A stretch of 64,000 nucleotides of DNA from Candidatus Hydrogenedentota bacterium (GTDB taxonomy: Bacteria > Hydrogenedentota > Hydrogenedentia > Hydrogenedentales > JAEUWI01): assembly GCA_034669905.1 (NCBI GenBank), contig JAXMOL010000012.1:1-64000 (forward strand), given 5' to 3'. The notes under the pieces were generated by a model, which made no database searches, was not told the origin of the DNA, and was given only the letters and a program-made list of their open reading frames with translations. Below, piece by piece: positions 38,749 through 55,736 of the stretch; position 1 is the stretch's first letter; every line of letters starts with the position of its first letter. Position numbers and translations under genes: made by a program.

Positions 38749-39264
38749 ATGGTACAAAATATTGGTGCAGCGGCTTTGGACCTGCCGGTCAGTGGCAAGT
38801 TGATCCAGCCGAAGACAACCCTTCCCCAGTCCTTTTCCATTGAAAGCCGAACGGACTCGGTTTCTTTCAGTGCGAAGGTCTCCACCGGGGATGCCCAGAA
38901 CATCGTGGTAGACCGGGCATTTGAACAGCTGCGCGCCGTGGTCGAAGAGGCCCGGGCGGAACTGGGAATTCCGGAAGGGGAGACCATCGATCTTTCTCCG
39001 GAAGCCACCGGTGACCGAATTGCCGACTTCGCCCTGAATTTCTTTTCCCAATACGCGGAGAATAACGGCCTGGCCGATGACGAAGATGGCCGCGCTCAGT
39101 TCGCCGATTTTATCGGGGGCGCTATCAATAAGGGCATCGAAGAAGCGCGGGGAATTCTTACCGCGTTGAGCGCCCTGAATCCGGATACGACCGCAGGCAT
39201 CGATGCGACGGCGAACCACATCCAGGGACGGTTGGATGATTTCGTCACAAACGGCCTTAGCTAA
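38749..39264 (+). CDS. DUF5610-like protein
   Basis: DLSPEATGDRIADFALNFF...GAINKGIEEARGIL motif; RBS GAGGTG. Confidence 0.75.
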   Translation: MVQNIGAAALDLPVSGKLIQPKTTLPQSFSIESRTDSVSFSAKVSTGDAQNIVVDRAFEQLRAVVEEARAELGIPEGETIDLSPEATGDRIADFALNFFSQYAENNGLADDEDGRAQFADFIGGAINKGIEEARGILTALSALNPDTTAGIDATANHIQGRLDDFVTNGLS

Positions 39265-39303
39265 ATAAATTTTTCATTTTCTTAACGTTGTGCGGTAAAA
39301 AGC

Positions 39304-39333
39304 TTGAACCGCGCAACGTTTTTTTTGTACTAT
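39304..39333 (+). promoter_or_regulatory. Sigma-70 promoter of the tRNA gene
   Basis: TTGAAC-N18-TACTAT ending 11 nt before the tRNA. Confidence 0.6.
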
Positions 39334-39344
39334 GTTGCTCCGCT

Positions 39345-39431
39345 GCCCGGGTGGTGGAATTGGCAGACACGCAAGATTAAGGATCTTGTGCCAGCAATGG
39401 CGTGCGAGTTCGATTCTCGCCTCGGGCACCA
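39345..39431 (+). tRNA. tRNA-Leu(AAG)
   Basis: Acceptor GCCCGGG/CTCGGGC, A73 and encoded CCA; D-loop GGAATTGGCAGAC; anticodon stem CAAGA/TCTTG around loop TT-AAG-GA; long variable arm; T-loop TTCGATT. Confidence 0.93.
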
Positions 39432-39442
39432 TATTAAACGTT

Positions 39443-39483
39443 AAAGGCCCTCGTGCTTCCGCAAGGAAACACGAGGGCTTTTT
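39443..39483 (+). terminator. Intrinsic terminator after the tRNA
   Basis: GCCCTCGTG-TTCC-GCAA-GGAA-CACGAGGGC stem followed by TTTTT. Confidence 0.85.
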
Positions 39484-39805
39484 CGTATTGGCCTTGTACC
39501 GTGATAATCCGCTGCTTGTTGATAAGGGTGGCTTGGACAAGCAAGCGCCCTCGCTCAGAGCGGCGGCACGCCACCAGCAGGCCATAGAGGGGCAAGAACA
39601 CGAATCAGACCCAGTCCCCTGCCCGATTTCGTGTTTGACAGCGCGCGCGATCCCGAATATACTCGTCGGAACGCACCCGTAGCGCAACCGGGGGCGGTGG
39701 TCAGTGAACGGCGACGGGAAGCCCTTGGGCGGCATCCCCTTATCGTGAAAATTCGCAATCGGTTCTTAAGCTGCAGGAACTTCTTTCCTGGAAGGGTGCT
39801 CTGTC

Positions 39806-46639
<6,834 letters not shown>

Positions 46640-46812
46640 CCGGAAGTTCTTGCGTGTGGATTTGAGGCGCGGTGCGTGAGGCGATTCGCGCGTCGCGGTG
46701 TCGCCCGATATGGGGTGGCGCTCCACCAAAAAATTGGTCTGGCTATGCCATTGCCGCCATCCCAGGTCGGGATGGCGGCAATATTCCGTTTCGGGGGCAG
46801 GGCTGGCGTGCC

Positions 46813-47052
46813 TTACTTGATCTTGTGCGTTTTTTTCAGACGGTTGAGGGTCTGATCGTAGATTTGCTGCCAGGCTTCCTGGGCCGACTTATCTGCATCA
46901 TGTTTCTTTGATTTCCCCTTGGCGTCTTTGCCATGGGGCGCGCGTCCGTGACCCGAGAGTGCCGCCGATTTGGTTTTCGCGTGCTTGTCGGCGGCCGCTT
47001 TGGCTTCTTTCTTCAGATCATCGAGGGTGGGTGCCTTGTCTTTCTTGGGCAT
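46813..47052 (-). CDS. Small basic Lys/Ala-rich hypothetical protein
   Basis: 79-aa ORF MPKKDKAPTLDDLKK with RBS AAGGAAG. Confidence 0.65.
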   Translation of the reverse strand: MPKKDKAPTLDDLKKEAKAAADKHAKTKSAALSGHGRAPHGKDAKGKSKKHDADKSAQEAWQQIYDQTLNRLKKTHKIK

Positions 47053-47282
47053 GAGCTGCTTCCTTGTCGTGTATCGGTGCGATTCATGGCGGAAAGGAGA
47101 AGGCCCCAGTGGCCGCCCCATCGTGAACTGCCGCCGCCAAAGGAAATGGTGCGGCCCGTTGCCTGAATGCGGAGACTGGCTGATTCAGACGGTCCCTGCC
47201 CATACTGCTCACGGTGGGTGAGGAAGGCTGCCGTTCTATTAAAGCAGAGAATGGCGTGTTGCGCAAGCAGAAAATCAGCGAC

Positions 47283-48770
47283 TCAGTGCTCCTGGTCCCA
47301 AAGGGGAAAGGGGTCGTCCAGGCGTTGCATTTCACTCGCCAACAGGGATTCGAGGTGGCGTCGTTGTGCGGCATAGCGCGGGTCATCCGCCAGGTTGGTC
47401 TGGTCAACGGTCGGCGCGCTGCCGGTAAGGGCGTGCACTGTTGAAGCATGGTGGGCTGGGAGGTATTCCCGGGGGTTGTTCGCCAGGTTGAAGAGCTGGG
47501 TATGGCGAACCCTTCCGTCCAGCGTGTCATATTTAATTAACTTCCAATCGCCCTCTTTGATGGCGCGCATCCCAGGCTTGGTACCTCCGGCATAGGCGCC
47601 ATAGAGTACCTCGCGGATGGCGTGCTCTTTGCCCTCCAACACCGTGCGAAAACTCGTGCCTTCCACAGTTTTCGGCGTCGGGACCTGCGCAAGCTCGCAG
47701 AGTGTGGGGAGCACATCCATAAGGTAGAGATTTCCCAAGGCGCGGCTCCCGGGTGCGATGCCGGGTCCACGGGCGATGAAGGGTACTTTCCACGTGTGCT
47801 CATAGAGATTCTGTTTTCCCATGAGGCCATGGCGTCCCACGGCGATGCCATGGTCGGAGGTAAAGAAGATGTAGGTGTTGTCGAGCTCGCCCATGGAGGC
47901 GAGTTGGTCGAGGACCCGCCCGATTTGGCGATCGATGTTTTCGATGCAGGCATATTCCCGACCAAGTTCGTTGCGGACCGTGGCCGGATCGCGCTGCTTC
48001 ATGACGCCCTGCACCCGTTCTTCATCGCGCAGTTCCGGGTGTCCATGGGGAAAGGGGTGGGCGGGGAGCCAGGTCGACGGCAACGGTGGGGCTTTGGGGT
48101 TTGCTTCTGAGGGGGCGTCCGGATTCCAGGTATTGGTGGCGCCATATTTCTTCAGAAGTTCCGGGGTGCCGTTCCGGGGATCATGGGGGTGGGAAAATCC
48201 GAAATAGATGAGGAAGGGCTTTTCTCCAGGGTTTTGGGCCCGCGCCGTGAGGTATGCCATCACCTGATCCCCATGCCAGGCACTGCCTTTGGCTTCATTC
48301 CCCTGGCGTTGTGTGGTGTCACGGACGGTTTGAAAGCGTTCGTTGGCAGGGGGGTAGCTGTTGCCGGTCTTGCAGGTACGAAAGGTGTCATAGCCGGCGC
48401 GATTGAACACCGCGGGCAGCGATTGTTCGGCGAGTTCGGGCGGGACGAGCGCCGCGTTGTCGTTGTGGGGGCTTCCTTTTCCGGGGATGTGCCAGACCGA
48501 GCGGCCCGTCATAATCATGGTGCGGGATGGGCGACATACGGCGCCGCTCCACGAGCCCATGTGGTGGGCACCGTCAATGGTCATGCCCTCGGCGGCGAGG
48601 CGATCCAGATTGGGGGTCTGGCAGACCGTATTGCCATAGGCCGAGAGGGTCTGGGGTGCCTGGTCATCGGTAAGGATGAAGAGAATGTTGGGGCGCTTCT
48701 CGGCGGCGGCAGAAGAAATCACCAGGAGAAACAGTGCGACGAAGGTGGCGTTGCGGAAGGTCGAGGTCAT
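47283..48770 (-). CDS. Sulfatase (formylglycine-dependent)
   Basis: PNILFILTDDQ, CRPSR (CxPxR), TSDHG, GKQNLYE; signal peptide. Confidence 0.93.
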   Translation of the reverse strand: MTSTFRNATFVALFLLVISSAAAEKRPNILFILTDDQAPQTLSAYGNTVCQTPNLDRLAAEGMTIDGAHHMGSWSGAVCRPSRTMIMTGRSVWHIPGKGSPHNDNAALVPPELAEQSLPAVFNRAGYDTFRTCKTGNSYPPANERFQTVRDTTQRQGNEAKGSAWHGDQVMAYLTARAQNPGEKPFLIYFGFSHPHDPRNGTPELLKKYGATNTWNPDAPSEANPKAPPLPSTWLPAHPFPHGHPELRDEERVQGVMKQRDPATVRNELGREYACIENIDRQIGRVLDQLASMGELDNTYIFFTSDHGIAVGRHGLMGKQNLYEHTWKVPFIARGPGIAPGSRALGNLYLMDVLPTLCELAQVPTPKTVEGTSFRTVLEGKEHAIREVLYGAYAGGTKPGMRAIKEGDWKLIKYDTLDGRVRHTQLFNLANNPREYLPAHHASTVHALTGSAPTVDQTNLADDPRYAAQRRHLESLLASEMQRLDDPFPLWDQEH

Positions 48771-48971
48771 AATCTTCTCCAAAGGCGGTTGAGATTCCAG
48801 CGCCGCGACGGCGAGATTTTTTCGCACCGCCCCCGGGCATCATTTCATGTTTTTGGTGTCGATGCAAATGTGTGTGGATTCGGAGACGATGGGGTCGATG
48901 TGCTATAGTCGTACCAACGCTTTTCGGTCCAGGCGTTTGGGCGATACCCGCGCTGCGGTGGGTGTCTGAGT

Positions 48972-50843
48972 TTGTCTGGGCGAGTCAGCTTACCTGGGAT
49001 AAGGACTCACCGCGTCGTGCGTTTTTTTAGATCAGCGCCATCCTCCCGCTGCCAAATTGCTGCATCCTTGTGGTGTCTTGTGTTGGGTATGGTTTTTTCC
49101 CCGACATCCATGGCACAGGTTTCCTATGACGCCCACTTGGAGGGTGTTTCGGATCCGGTGGTAGATGTGTTGTTGCGCAGTGTATCCAAGACGCTGGGGG
49201 AGAATACGGACCCACCCGCGAGTTTCCTGCATCTGCGTCGTCGTGCCAATCGGGATATAGAGCGTTTCCTCGAAGTCTTTCATTCCCGGGGTTACTACGG
49301 TGCCGCGGTGACCCTGGACGTGGATCGGGATGCAACGCCGATGCGATTGCAATTCAACGCCGTGCCGGGGGAACAATACACCTTTGGTACGATAGCGATT
49401 CGCGGGGTGGACGAGGGCGAGACGGAGGACGCTTCCAAATTGATGGAAGCGCTCGGTCTGGCAGTGGGAAGGCCGGCGCTGGCAGAACCTATCGTGGCGG
49501 CGAACAATAAGCTCCTTACCCACTTGCGCAATCACGGCTATCCCGCGCCCGCGATCAAGAAACGCAATGTGGTGGTAGACCACGCGACCCGCGCCGTGAA
49601 TGTTACGTACCACGTGCAATCGGGGCCGTTCGCTGTCTATGGTGACGAGCGCTACGAAGGGCTCGAGCGGGTGCGCCCGGTGGTCGTGGACAAGTTGCTT
49701 CCCTGGTCTCCGGGGGAGGTGTATGACCAGCGTCAAGTTGCGACGCTCCGCACACGATTGTATGACACCGGTTTATTTGCCACAGCTTCGGTGGATCCCA
49801 TTCCTTCGGATATTTCGGAGTTCGGCGGCTTGCCCATTCGCGTCCAGGTGACGGAGCGGCCGCCCCGTACCATCAGCACGGGGCTGGAATATAAGTCAGA
49901 CGAAGGGGTGGGGGCCCAGTTTCGGTGGGAAAATCGCAATATGAAGGGGCTGGGACACCAATTCAGTGTGGAGACTACGCTGGCCACCGAGTTGCGGGAG
50001 TTGGACCTGCGCTATCATGTGGACCGCTTTCGTCGTCTGGATCAGTCGCTGAGCAGTTCCTTTGTCATTGCGCAGGAAGAGCGTGAAGCTTTTGACAGTG
50101 ACCGCGTTGAACTGTTGGCCTTCGTAGAGCGCGAAGTGAGCCCCAAGTTAACGCTGGCCGCCGGCGCGGGAATCCGTATCGGGCGCGTGGAGCAGCGCGG
50201 GGTAAGCAATAGCCACGAATTACTCTATTTTCCGCTGGAGGCGCGCCTGGACTATACCGATGACCTCCTCGATCCGACGCGGGGTTTCAAGCTGCGCGTG
50301 CGGCTGGAACCCTACCTCGATCCCATTGGGGAGTTGACTTATTTCACGAAAACGGATTTAGAGTTCAGCTATTACATCGCCTTTGGTTCCTTGGAGACGG
50401 CCGACAAGAAGACCCTGCCCAACTGGATCCTGGCCAGTCGGCTGCGGGTGGGGGCCCTGATTGGCGCCGACCGGGACGAGGTTCCGGCCGATATTCGTTT
50501 TTACGCCGGTGGCGGTGGTTCCATTCGGGGCTATCGCTTTCAGACGGTGAGCCCCCTCATCGACGATGACCCGATTGGTGGCAACGGGTTGACGGAATTC
50601 TCTTTCGAAGTGCGCCGACGCCTGACCGAGTCCCTTGGCCTGGTCGCCTTTATCGATGGTGGTCTGGCCTTTGGTGAGACCTACTCCGACTTTGATGGAG
50701 ACCTGCAATACGGTGCGGGGCTGGGTGTCCGCTATTACACCCCGTTGGGCCCCCTGCGTTTTGATGTGGCCGTGCCGCTGAACAAGCGCAGTGAAATTGA
50801 CGACGCCTTTCAAATCTATATGAGCATAGGACACGCCTTTTAG
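48972..50843 (+). CDS. tamA: TamA-like Omp85 outer-membrane protein
   Basis: POTRA-like domains; FYAGGGGSIRGY; GPLRFDVA; C-terminal F; start uncertain. Confidence 0.88.
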   Translation: MSGRVSLPGIRTHRVVRFFRSAPSSRCQIAASLWCLVLGMVFSPTSMAQVSYDAHLEGVSDPVVDVLLRSVSKTLGENTDPPASFLHLRRRANRDIERFLEVFHSRGYYGAAVTLDVDRDATPMRLQFNAVPGEQYTFGTIAIRGVDEGETEDASKLMEALGLAVGRPALAEPIVAANNKLLTHLRNHGYPAPAIKKRNVVVDHATRAVNVTYHVQSGPFAVYGDERYEGLERVRPVVVDKLLPWSPGEVYDQRQVATLRTRLYDTGLFATASVDPIPSDISEFGGLPIRVQVTERPPRTISTGLEYKSDEGVGAQFRWENRNMKGLGHQFSVETTLATELRELDLRYHVDRFRRLDQSLSSSFVIAQEEREAFDSDRVELLAFVEREVSPKLTLAAGAGIRIGRVEQRGVSNSHELLYFPLEARLDYTDDLLDPTRGFKLRVRLEPYLDPIGELTYFTKTDLEFSYYIAFGSLETADKKTLPNWILASRLRVGALIGADRDEVPADIRFYAGGGGSIRGYRFQTVSPLIDDDPIGGNGLTEFSFEVRRRLTESLGLVAFIDGGLAFGETYSDFDGDLQYGAGLGVRYYTPLGPLRFDVAVPLNKRSEIDDAFQIYMSIGHAF

Positions 50844-53800
50844 TGACCGAAGTCCCTGAGAAGAAAAAACGCGTCTGGTTGCGACGAGTCATTGGACTCT
50901 TTCTGGTGGGGCTGTTTCTGCTGGGATTGGCCTTCCTCGCGCTGCAGACGCCCCCGGCTAAGCGCTTTATGGCGCGTCAGATTAACCAGTCCCTGGAGGG
51001 TGCCTTGCCCTGGCCGGCGGAGCTCAAGGGCATCGGCGGGTTGCTTCCCTTTGTGGTGACCTTGGAAGCGTTGCGGCTGGGCGAAGCCAAGGATCCCTGG
51101 TTGACCCTGACAAACGTGGCCATGAATCTGGAGTTCCTCCCCTTTCTGAAGGGGCAGGTCTCGGTGGAGCGGCTGGCGGCGGAAGCTGTTGTCTTGAACG
51201 AATTACCGGAAGCGGCCGATGAAGAGGAAGAGGTTGATGGGCCCTTCGTATTGCCGCTCTTGTCGGATTTGCCCCCGTGGATTCGCCTGGGCAATCTGGA
51301 AGTGTCCCGGTTGGTTCTCGGCGAGGCTATTGCCGGTGAGCGCATTGTGGCATCGGTCGGGGGTGCCTATTTACCCGAGGCCGATGAATCGATTCAGATT
51401 CGCATCCGCGGCATGGAGACGACGGACAGTAACCTGACCCTGACCGGGAGCCTGCGGGATGGGGTGGTGAATCTATCGGTCTCGGGAGAGGACACCACGA
51501 TCTTCTCGTCGCTTGCGGGGGTGGAGGGACCCTTCGCCGTGGATTTGGGGCTCCAGGGCCCCCTTAGCGGTGCGGACATGGATTTGGACATCACGCGGGC
51601 CGGGGCGCCGCTGCTTCGTGTGGATGCCCTGCTCCGCTACGAATCGCCGCTGGGTATCGATGGCGCGGTCACCGTTGTCTTGCCGGAAGATCTGGTTTCC
51701 AGTGACGTGATAGCTAAGCTGGGGCCGGAAGTGGCCCTGGAGTTAGACATCGCGCTGGATGAGGCCTATGGCCTCACCTTTTCGCAGACGACAGTGAAGA
51801 CGGCCCATGCCGATGTGTTGGTCGACGGCTCCTTTTCACTGAAGGACCAGGCGATAGACCTGGTGACGACGTTGGGTTATGACGATTTCAATCGGCTTCT
51901 GGCGGAGGAAGGTGGGGAAGCAGCCTTGCCCCTGCACGCAGAACTACCGTTGTCCGGTTCGCTGCGTGCCCTGGCGATAGTGCCCAAAGTGCAATTGGGC
52001 GGTGCCGATTGGATGGGTGGCGCACTGGACGTGGGGCTCAACGACACGATTACGGCGAAAGGCGAGGTGACGGTCTACCCCGTGGCTGGACTGGTGCCGG
52101 AGGCCTACCGCGAGGTATTGGCCGATGGTGGTATAGTGACCTTGGATCTGGCCTATGCGGCGGAGCAGGTGACCTTGACCGACACGGCAATCCGTGTGGG
52201 TGAGACGCGGCTGGTGGCGGACGGCACGGTAAACATGGCTGAGTCCCTGTTGGATCTGCGTCTTGCCGGGGCGGCACCGGATTTGAATGCCTTTGAGTCC
52301 CTGGCAGGCAGCCCCCTGGCGGGCGCGGTCACCTTTACGGTGGAGGCGAAGGGTACGGGTGAAGGCACCACGCTGAAAGGGCGGTTCGATGTCGCGAAAT
52401 TACAACTAGCCACCACGGTTGTTCCCGAAGGTACGCTGTCTGTCGACGTAAAGGCGGGCGGATTTCCCGATGCCCTGACCGACGCGATTGAAGCGACGTT
52501 GAACGGCCGTTTCCCCGGCATGCAACTCCAGCCGGAAGTTACCCGCGATTTGACATTGGACGGAGTCGTGGCCATCAACGCCCTCAAACAGATGAGGGTT
52601 ACGGACCTCAACATCACCGACGGCAACCTCGCCATGACTGCGGATGGCACCATCGACCTGGAAAGCCGCGATGCCGATTTTAAGAGTCAGATTGTCGTTG
52701 CGGAGTTGGGGGAATATGCCACGCTGGCAGACCTGCCGTACCGGGGCGCCGCCAATTTTCAAGTCGATGTCGCTTCTGGTGATGGGCCCGGCAGTCTGAT
52801 TGCCCGCATCAATGGCCGCTTGAACGAACTGGATGGTCTGCCGTCCACCGTGGAAGGGGTGGCGGGTTCTGCCCTGACCCTCAAGGCGACGGCGCATTAC
52901 GATGGAACCGAGGCTTCGGTACGGGATCTGTACCTCGAAGGAAGGGGAATTCGGGCCGAAGGTCAGGGCGCCGTCAATACCAAGACCCAGGCGCTCAATG
53001 TGGCGCTATCGGGCGGGCTCGATGATATCGCGCCCTTCAGCGCGCTGGCCAAACGTCCGCTCTCCGGTGCGGCCAATTTTGAATTGGCAGCGACAGGCAC
53101 CACCGAAGATCTGAGCGCCGATGTGACGTTGCGCGGAGAGAATCTGATTCTGGATATGATACAGGCATCCGAGGCGGTCATCTTGGTGAAGGCCAGTGGA
53201 ATTCCGTCCGACACGGTGGCGGAGCTGGACGTTGTGCTAACGGAAAACGACGCGTCCCTCTCGTTGCGGGCGGCGGTTGGGCACACGGGTTCGCAGTTGG
53301 ATATACGGACACTGACGCTGGTCGCAGGAGAGAATCAGCTTTCCGGGTCGGGGCGGGTCAACCTGGAGACCCTTCGGGGTGAAGGGGAAGTGAATGCGGT
53401 GATGCCGGAGCTGGCCGCATTGAAGACCTGGTTGAAATTGCCCCTGGAAGGTGCGGTGGAATTGCAGGCTACGCTGACGGAGGGGCCGGATACCTTGACC
53501 GGAAACCTGACGGTGGACGGGCTGGTGGCGTCGGCGGTGAAGCTGGGCCATGCGGAAGGCACCTTTGATGTAAGCGATGTGTTTGAAACGCCCGCCGGCA
53601 CGATTGCGCTGCGCGCCACCGAACTCGATACAGGCGATATTCGACTGACCTCCCTGGACCTGAACGCAGAAGGGCCGCCGAGTGGGCTTCAGATAGGGTT
53701 GGACAGCAAAGGGATTTACAAGGAGTTCACCCGGTTCCACGTTGAAAGTGGGGGACTCATTTCCAACGAATCACTCTCTTTTGATTTGCGTGAACTCAAT

Positions 53801-55570
53801 TTTGGCCTGGAAGAATACACCTTTTCCCTTCGGGAAGAGGCGACGCTCTCCTGGAGGGAAGGCGACATACTGCTGACCCCCTTTGTGTTGGAAAGCGAGT
53901 CGGGCACATTGATCGCAGCGGGGCGCTACAACTCCGAGGCCGTGGATGTACGTGTCGAATGGGAGGAACTCTCCCTGGGGCTGGTGGAATTACTCGCCAT
54001 GGATCCCATGGCAGGCATACTGGATGGGTCGCTCACCATCACCGGCGCACCCAGCGCTCCCGACGTGCGGGCGGAAAGCACGCTGCAAGGATACAATCCG
54101 AGTCCGGGAGAAAACATCGACTTTCCGGGGATGGATGGGGAACTGGAGATGGATATCGCCGCCGGACAGTTGAGCGCGACGCTGAGCGCCACGGTGGCGG
54201 AATCGACGGCCTTCAATGGAGAGGCCGGGTTCCCCCTCGAACTTTCGCTCTCCCCGTGTTTTTTTTCGATTGCGGAGGCGGCCCCCCTCGAGGGCAGTCT
54301 TTCGGGTACCGGAGACTTGACAGTTGTGCCGCCGCTGCTGTCCTGGGATGGACAAGCGATGGCGGGCACGCTGAAGGCGGATCTGCGCCTCGAAGGAACC
54401 TATGGTACCCCTCTGCTGGATGGCACCGTCACCGTATCGGAGGGCTACTATGAAAATGGAAGCTCGAGCACCATCCTGGATGATCTGGAAATCCTGCTTG
54501 AGGCCTCCGGTAACACGGTTCGTATTGCTAAATTTGAAGGCACCGATGGGGCGGGGGGCACGGTCACGGGTAAAGGCCAGATCGTGTTGGACCCCGACAC
54601 GGGGTCTCCCTATGACATTTCGCTCAGCCTCGACAATCCGCGCCTGGTACACCGCGACGACTTTCGCGCCCAGGGCGACGGGACGCTCCGGCTCTACGGC
54701 GATTCGGGCAAAGCCGCGCTGGAAGGAAAGCTGGCGGTGAGTCCGGCGTATTTCACGATTCCGGAGAGCTCGACGGAGACCCAGATTACGACGGTAGAGT
54801 ATACCGAGGCCCAGGCGGAAGGGGAGCCGGTGGAAGAAGAGGAAACACCGCGCTATGTCTTCGGGCTCGATGTGGAGTTGAGTCTGCCCGGAAAGGTCTT
54901 TGTGACCGGGCCGGGCCTGGAGTCAGAGTGGGACGGCAAGCTCCATATCAAAAACACGGCGGCCGACCCTTCCATCGAGGGGGTCTTGCGCGTGAAGAAG
55001 GGGACCCTCGATTTTCTGGGGCGGATCTTTACCCTGGCCGAAAGCACCATCACCTTTGACGGTCAGACCCCGCCGCTACCCTATTTACGTATCGACGCGG
55101 TGACCACCACCGATGATGTAGAAGCCCACGTGCGCATGGAGGGTACGCAGGATAATTTGAACCTGAGCCTCGAGTCGGACCCGGCCTTGCCGCGCGATGA
55201 GATTTTGTCCCGCGTATTGTTCGGGCAGCGGCTTTCGGATGTGAGTCCTGTGCAGGCCCTGACCCTCGCGCGTTATGCGCCCATGTTTAAGAAGAATGTC
55301 TCGGGTCGTAGTGTCTTGGGGAGTAAGGGCCCCAAGCCCTTCCTGGTGGATCGCATCAGCATCAACAGCGGTACCCAGGTCGGTGAGACGAGCATCACGA
55401 CGGGCAAGTACCTGAGCGATGACTTTTACCTCGAGTTTCAACAGGGACTCGGAACGGCCGAAAGTCTGGTCTCGCTCGATTGGATTTTCGCGCCCCAATG
55501 GGCACTCAAGGGAAAAACGACCGCAGGGGGTGAAGGGGGATTGGGTGTGTTTTGGAAAAAGAACTATTGA
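50843..55570 (+). CDS. tamB: TamB translocation/assembly module protein
   Basis: N-terminal TM anchor, long beta-taco region, DUF490-type C-terminus (LESDPALPRDEILSRVLFG, GKYLSD); coupled to tamA. Confidence 0.88.
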   Translation: MTEVPEKKKRVWLRRVIGLFLVGLFLLGLAFLALQTPPAKRFMARQINQSLEGALPWPAELKGIGGLLPFVVTLEALRLGEAKDPWLTLTNVAMNLEFLPFLKGQVSVERLAAEAVVLNELPEAADEEEEVDGPFVLPLLSDLPPWIRLGNLEVSRLVLGEAIAGERIVASVGGAYLPEADESIQIRIRGMETTDSNLTLTGSLRDGVVNLSVSGEDTTIFSSLAGVEGPFAVDLGLQGPLSGADMDLDITRAGAPLLRVDALLRYESPLGIDGAVTVVLPEDLVSSDVIAKLGPEVALELDIALDEAYGLTFSQTTVKTAHADVLVDGSFSLKDQAIDLVTTLGYDDFNRLLAEEGGEAALPLHAELPLSGSLRALAIVPKVQLGGADWMGGALDVGLNDTITAKGEVTVYPVAGLVPEAYREVLADGGIVTLDLAYAAEQVTLTDTAIRVGETRLVADGTVNMAESLLDLRLAGAAPDLNAFESLAGSPLAGAVTFTVEAKGTGEGTTLKGRFDVAKLQLATTVVPEGTLSVDVKAGGFPDALTDAIEATLNGRFPGMQLQPEVTRDLTLDGVVAINALKQMRVTDLNITDGNLAMTADGTIDLESRDADFKSQIVVAELGEYATLADLPYRGAANFQVDVASGDGPGSLIARINGRLNELDGLPSTVEGVAGSALTLKATAHYDGTEASVRDLYLEGRGIRAEGQGAVNTKTQALNVALSGGLDDIAPFSALAKRPLSGAANFELAATGTTEDLSADVTLRGENLILDMIQASEAVILVKASGIPSDTVAELDVVLTENDASLSLRAAVGHTGSQLDIRTLTLVAGENQLSGSGRVNLETLRGEGEVNAVMPELAALKTWLKLPLEGAVELQATLTEGPDTLTGNLTVDGLVASAVKLGHAEGTFDVSDVFETPAGTIALRATELDTGDIRLTSLDLNAEGPPSGLQIGLDSKGIYKEFTRFHVESGGLISNESLSFDLRELNFGLEEYTFSLREEATLSWREGDILLTPFVLESESGTLIAAGRYNSEAVDVRVEWEELSLGLVELLAMDPMAGILDGSLTITGAPSAPDVRAESTLQGYNPSPGENIDFPGMDGELEMDIAAGQLSATLSATVAESTAFNGEAGFPLELSLSPCFFSIAEAAPLEGSLSGTGDLTVVPPLLSWDGQAMAGTLKADLRLEGTYGTPLLDGTVTVSEGYYENGSSSTILDDLEILLEASGNTVRIAKFEGTDGAGGTVTGKGQIVLDPDTGSPYDISLSLDNPRLVHRDDFRAQGDGTLRLYGDSGKAALEGKLAVSPAYFTIPESSTETQITTVEYTEAQAEGEPVEEEETPRYVFGLDVELSLPGKVFVTGPGLESEWDGKLHIKNTAADPSIEGVLRVKKGTLDFLGRIFTLAESTITFDGQTPPLPYLRIDAVTTTDDVEAHVRMEGTQDNLNLSLESDPALPRDEILSRVLFGQRLSDVSPVQALTLARYAPMFKKNVSGRSVLGSKGPKPFLVDRISINSGTQVGETSITTGKYLSDDFYLEFQQGLGTAESLVSLDWIFAPQWALKGKTTAGGEGGLGVFWKKNY

Positions 55571-55736
55571 TCCCGCTGTGCCGGTCGAGGGTGGTGTGCG
55601 TCCACCGTGGTACAAACAACGCCTGTCCAGGATCCGGGAGTTGGGTCGAAGCAGGATTTCACCGTTGCGCGGCCATTAACCATTGTAGTTTGACCAACGT
55701 AGAAAATGGATTCTACCAGACCCTCAAGGAGGATGA

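Noticed and set aside
39377..39383. Reading the tRNA as Leu(TAA)
   Set aside because: The 5-bp stem CAAGA/TCTTG fixes the loop as TT-AAG-GA. TAA would be off-centre, and G37 fits NAG Leu tRNAs.
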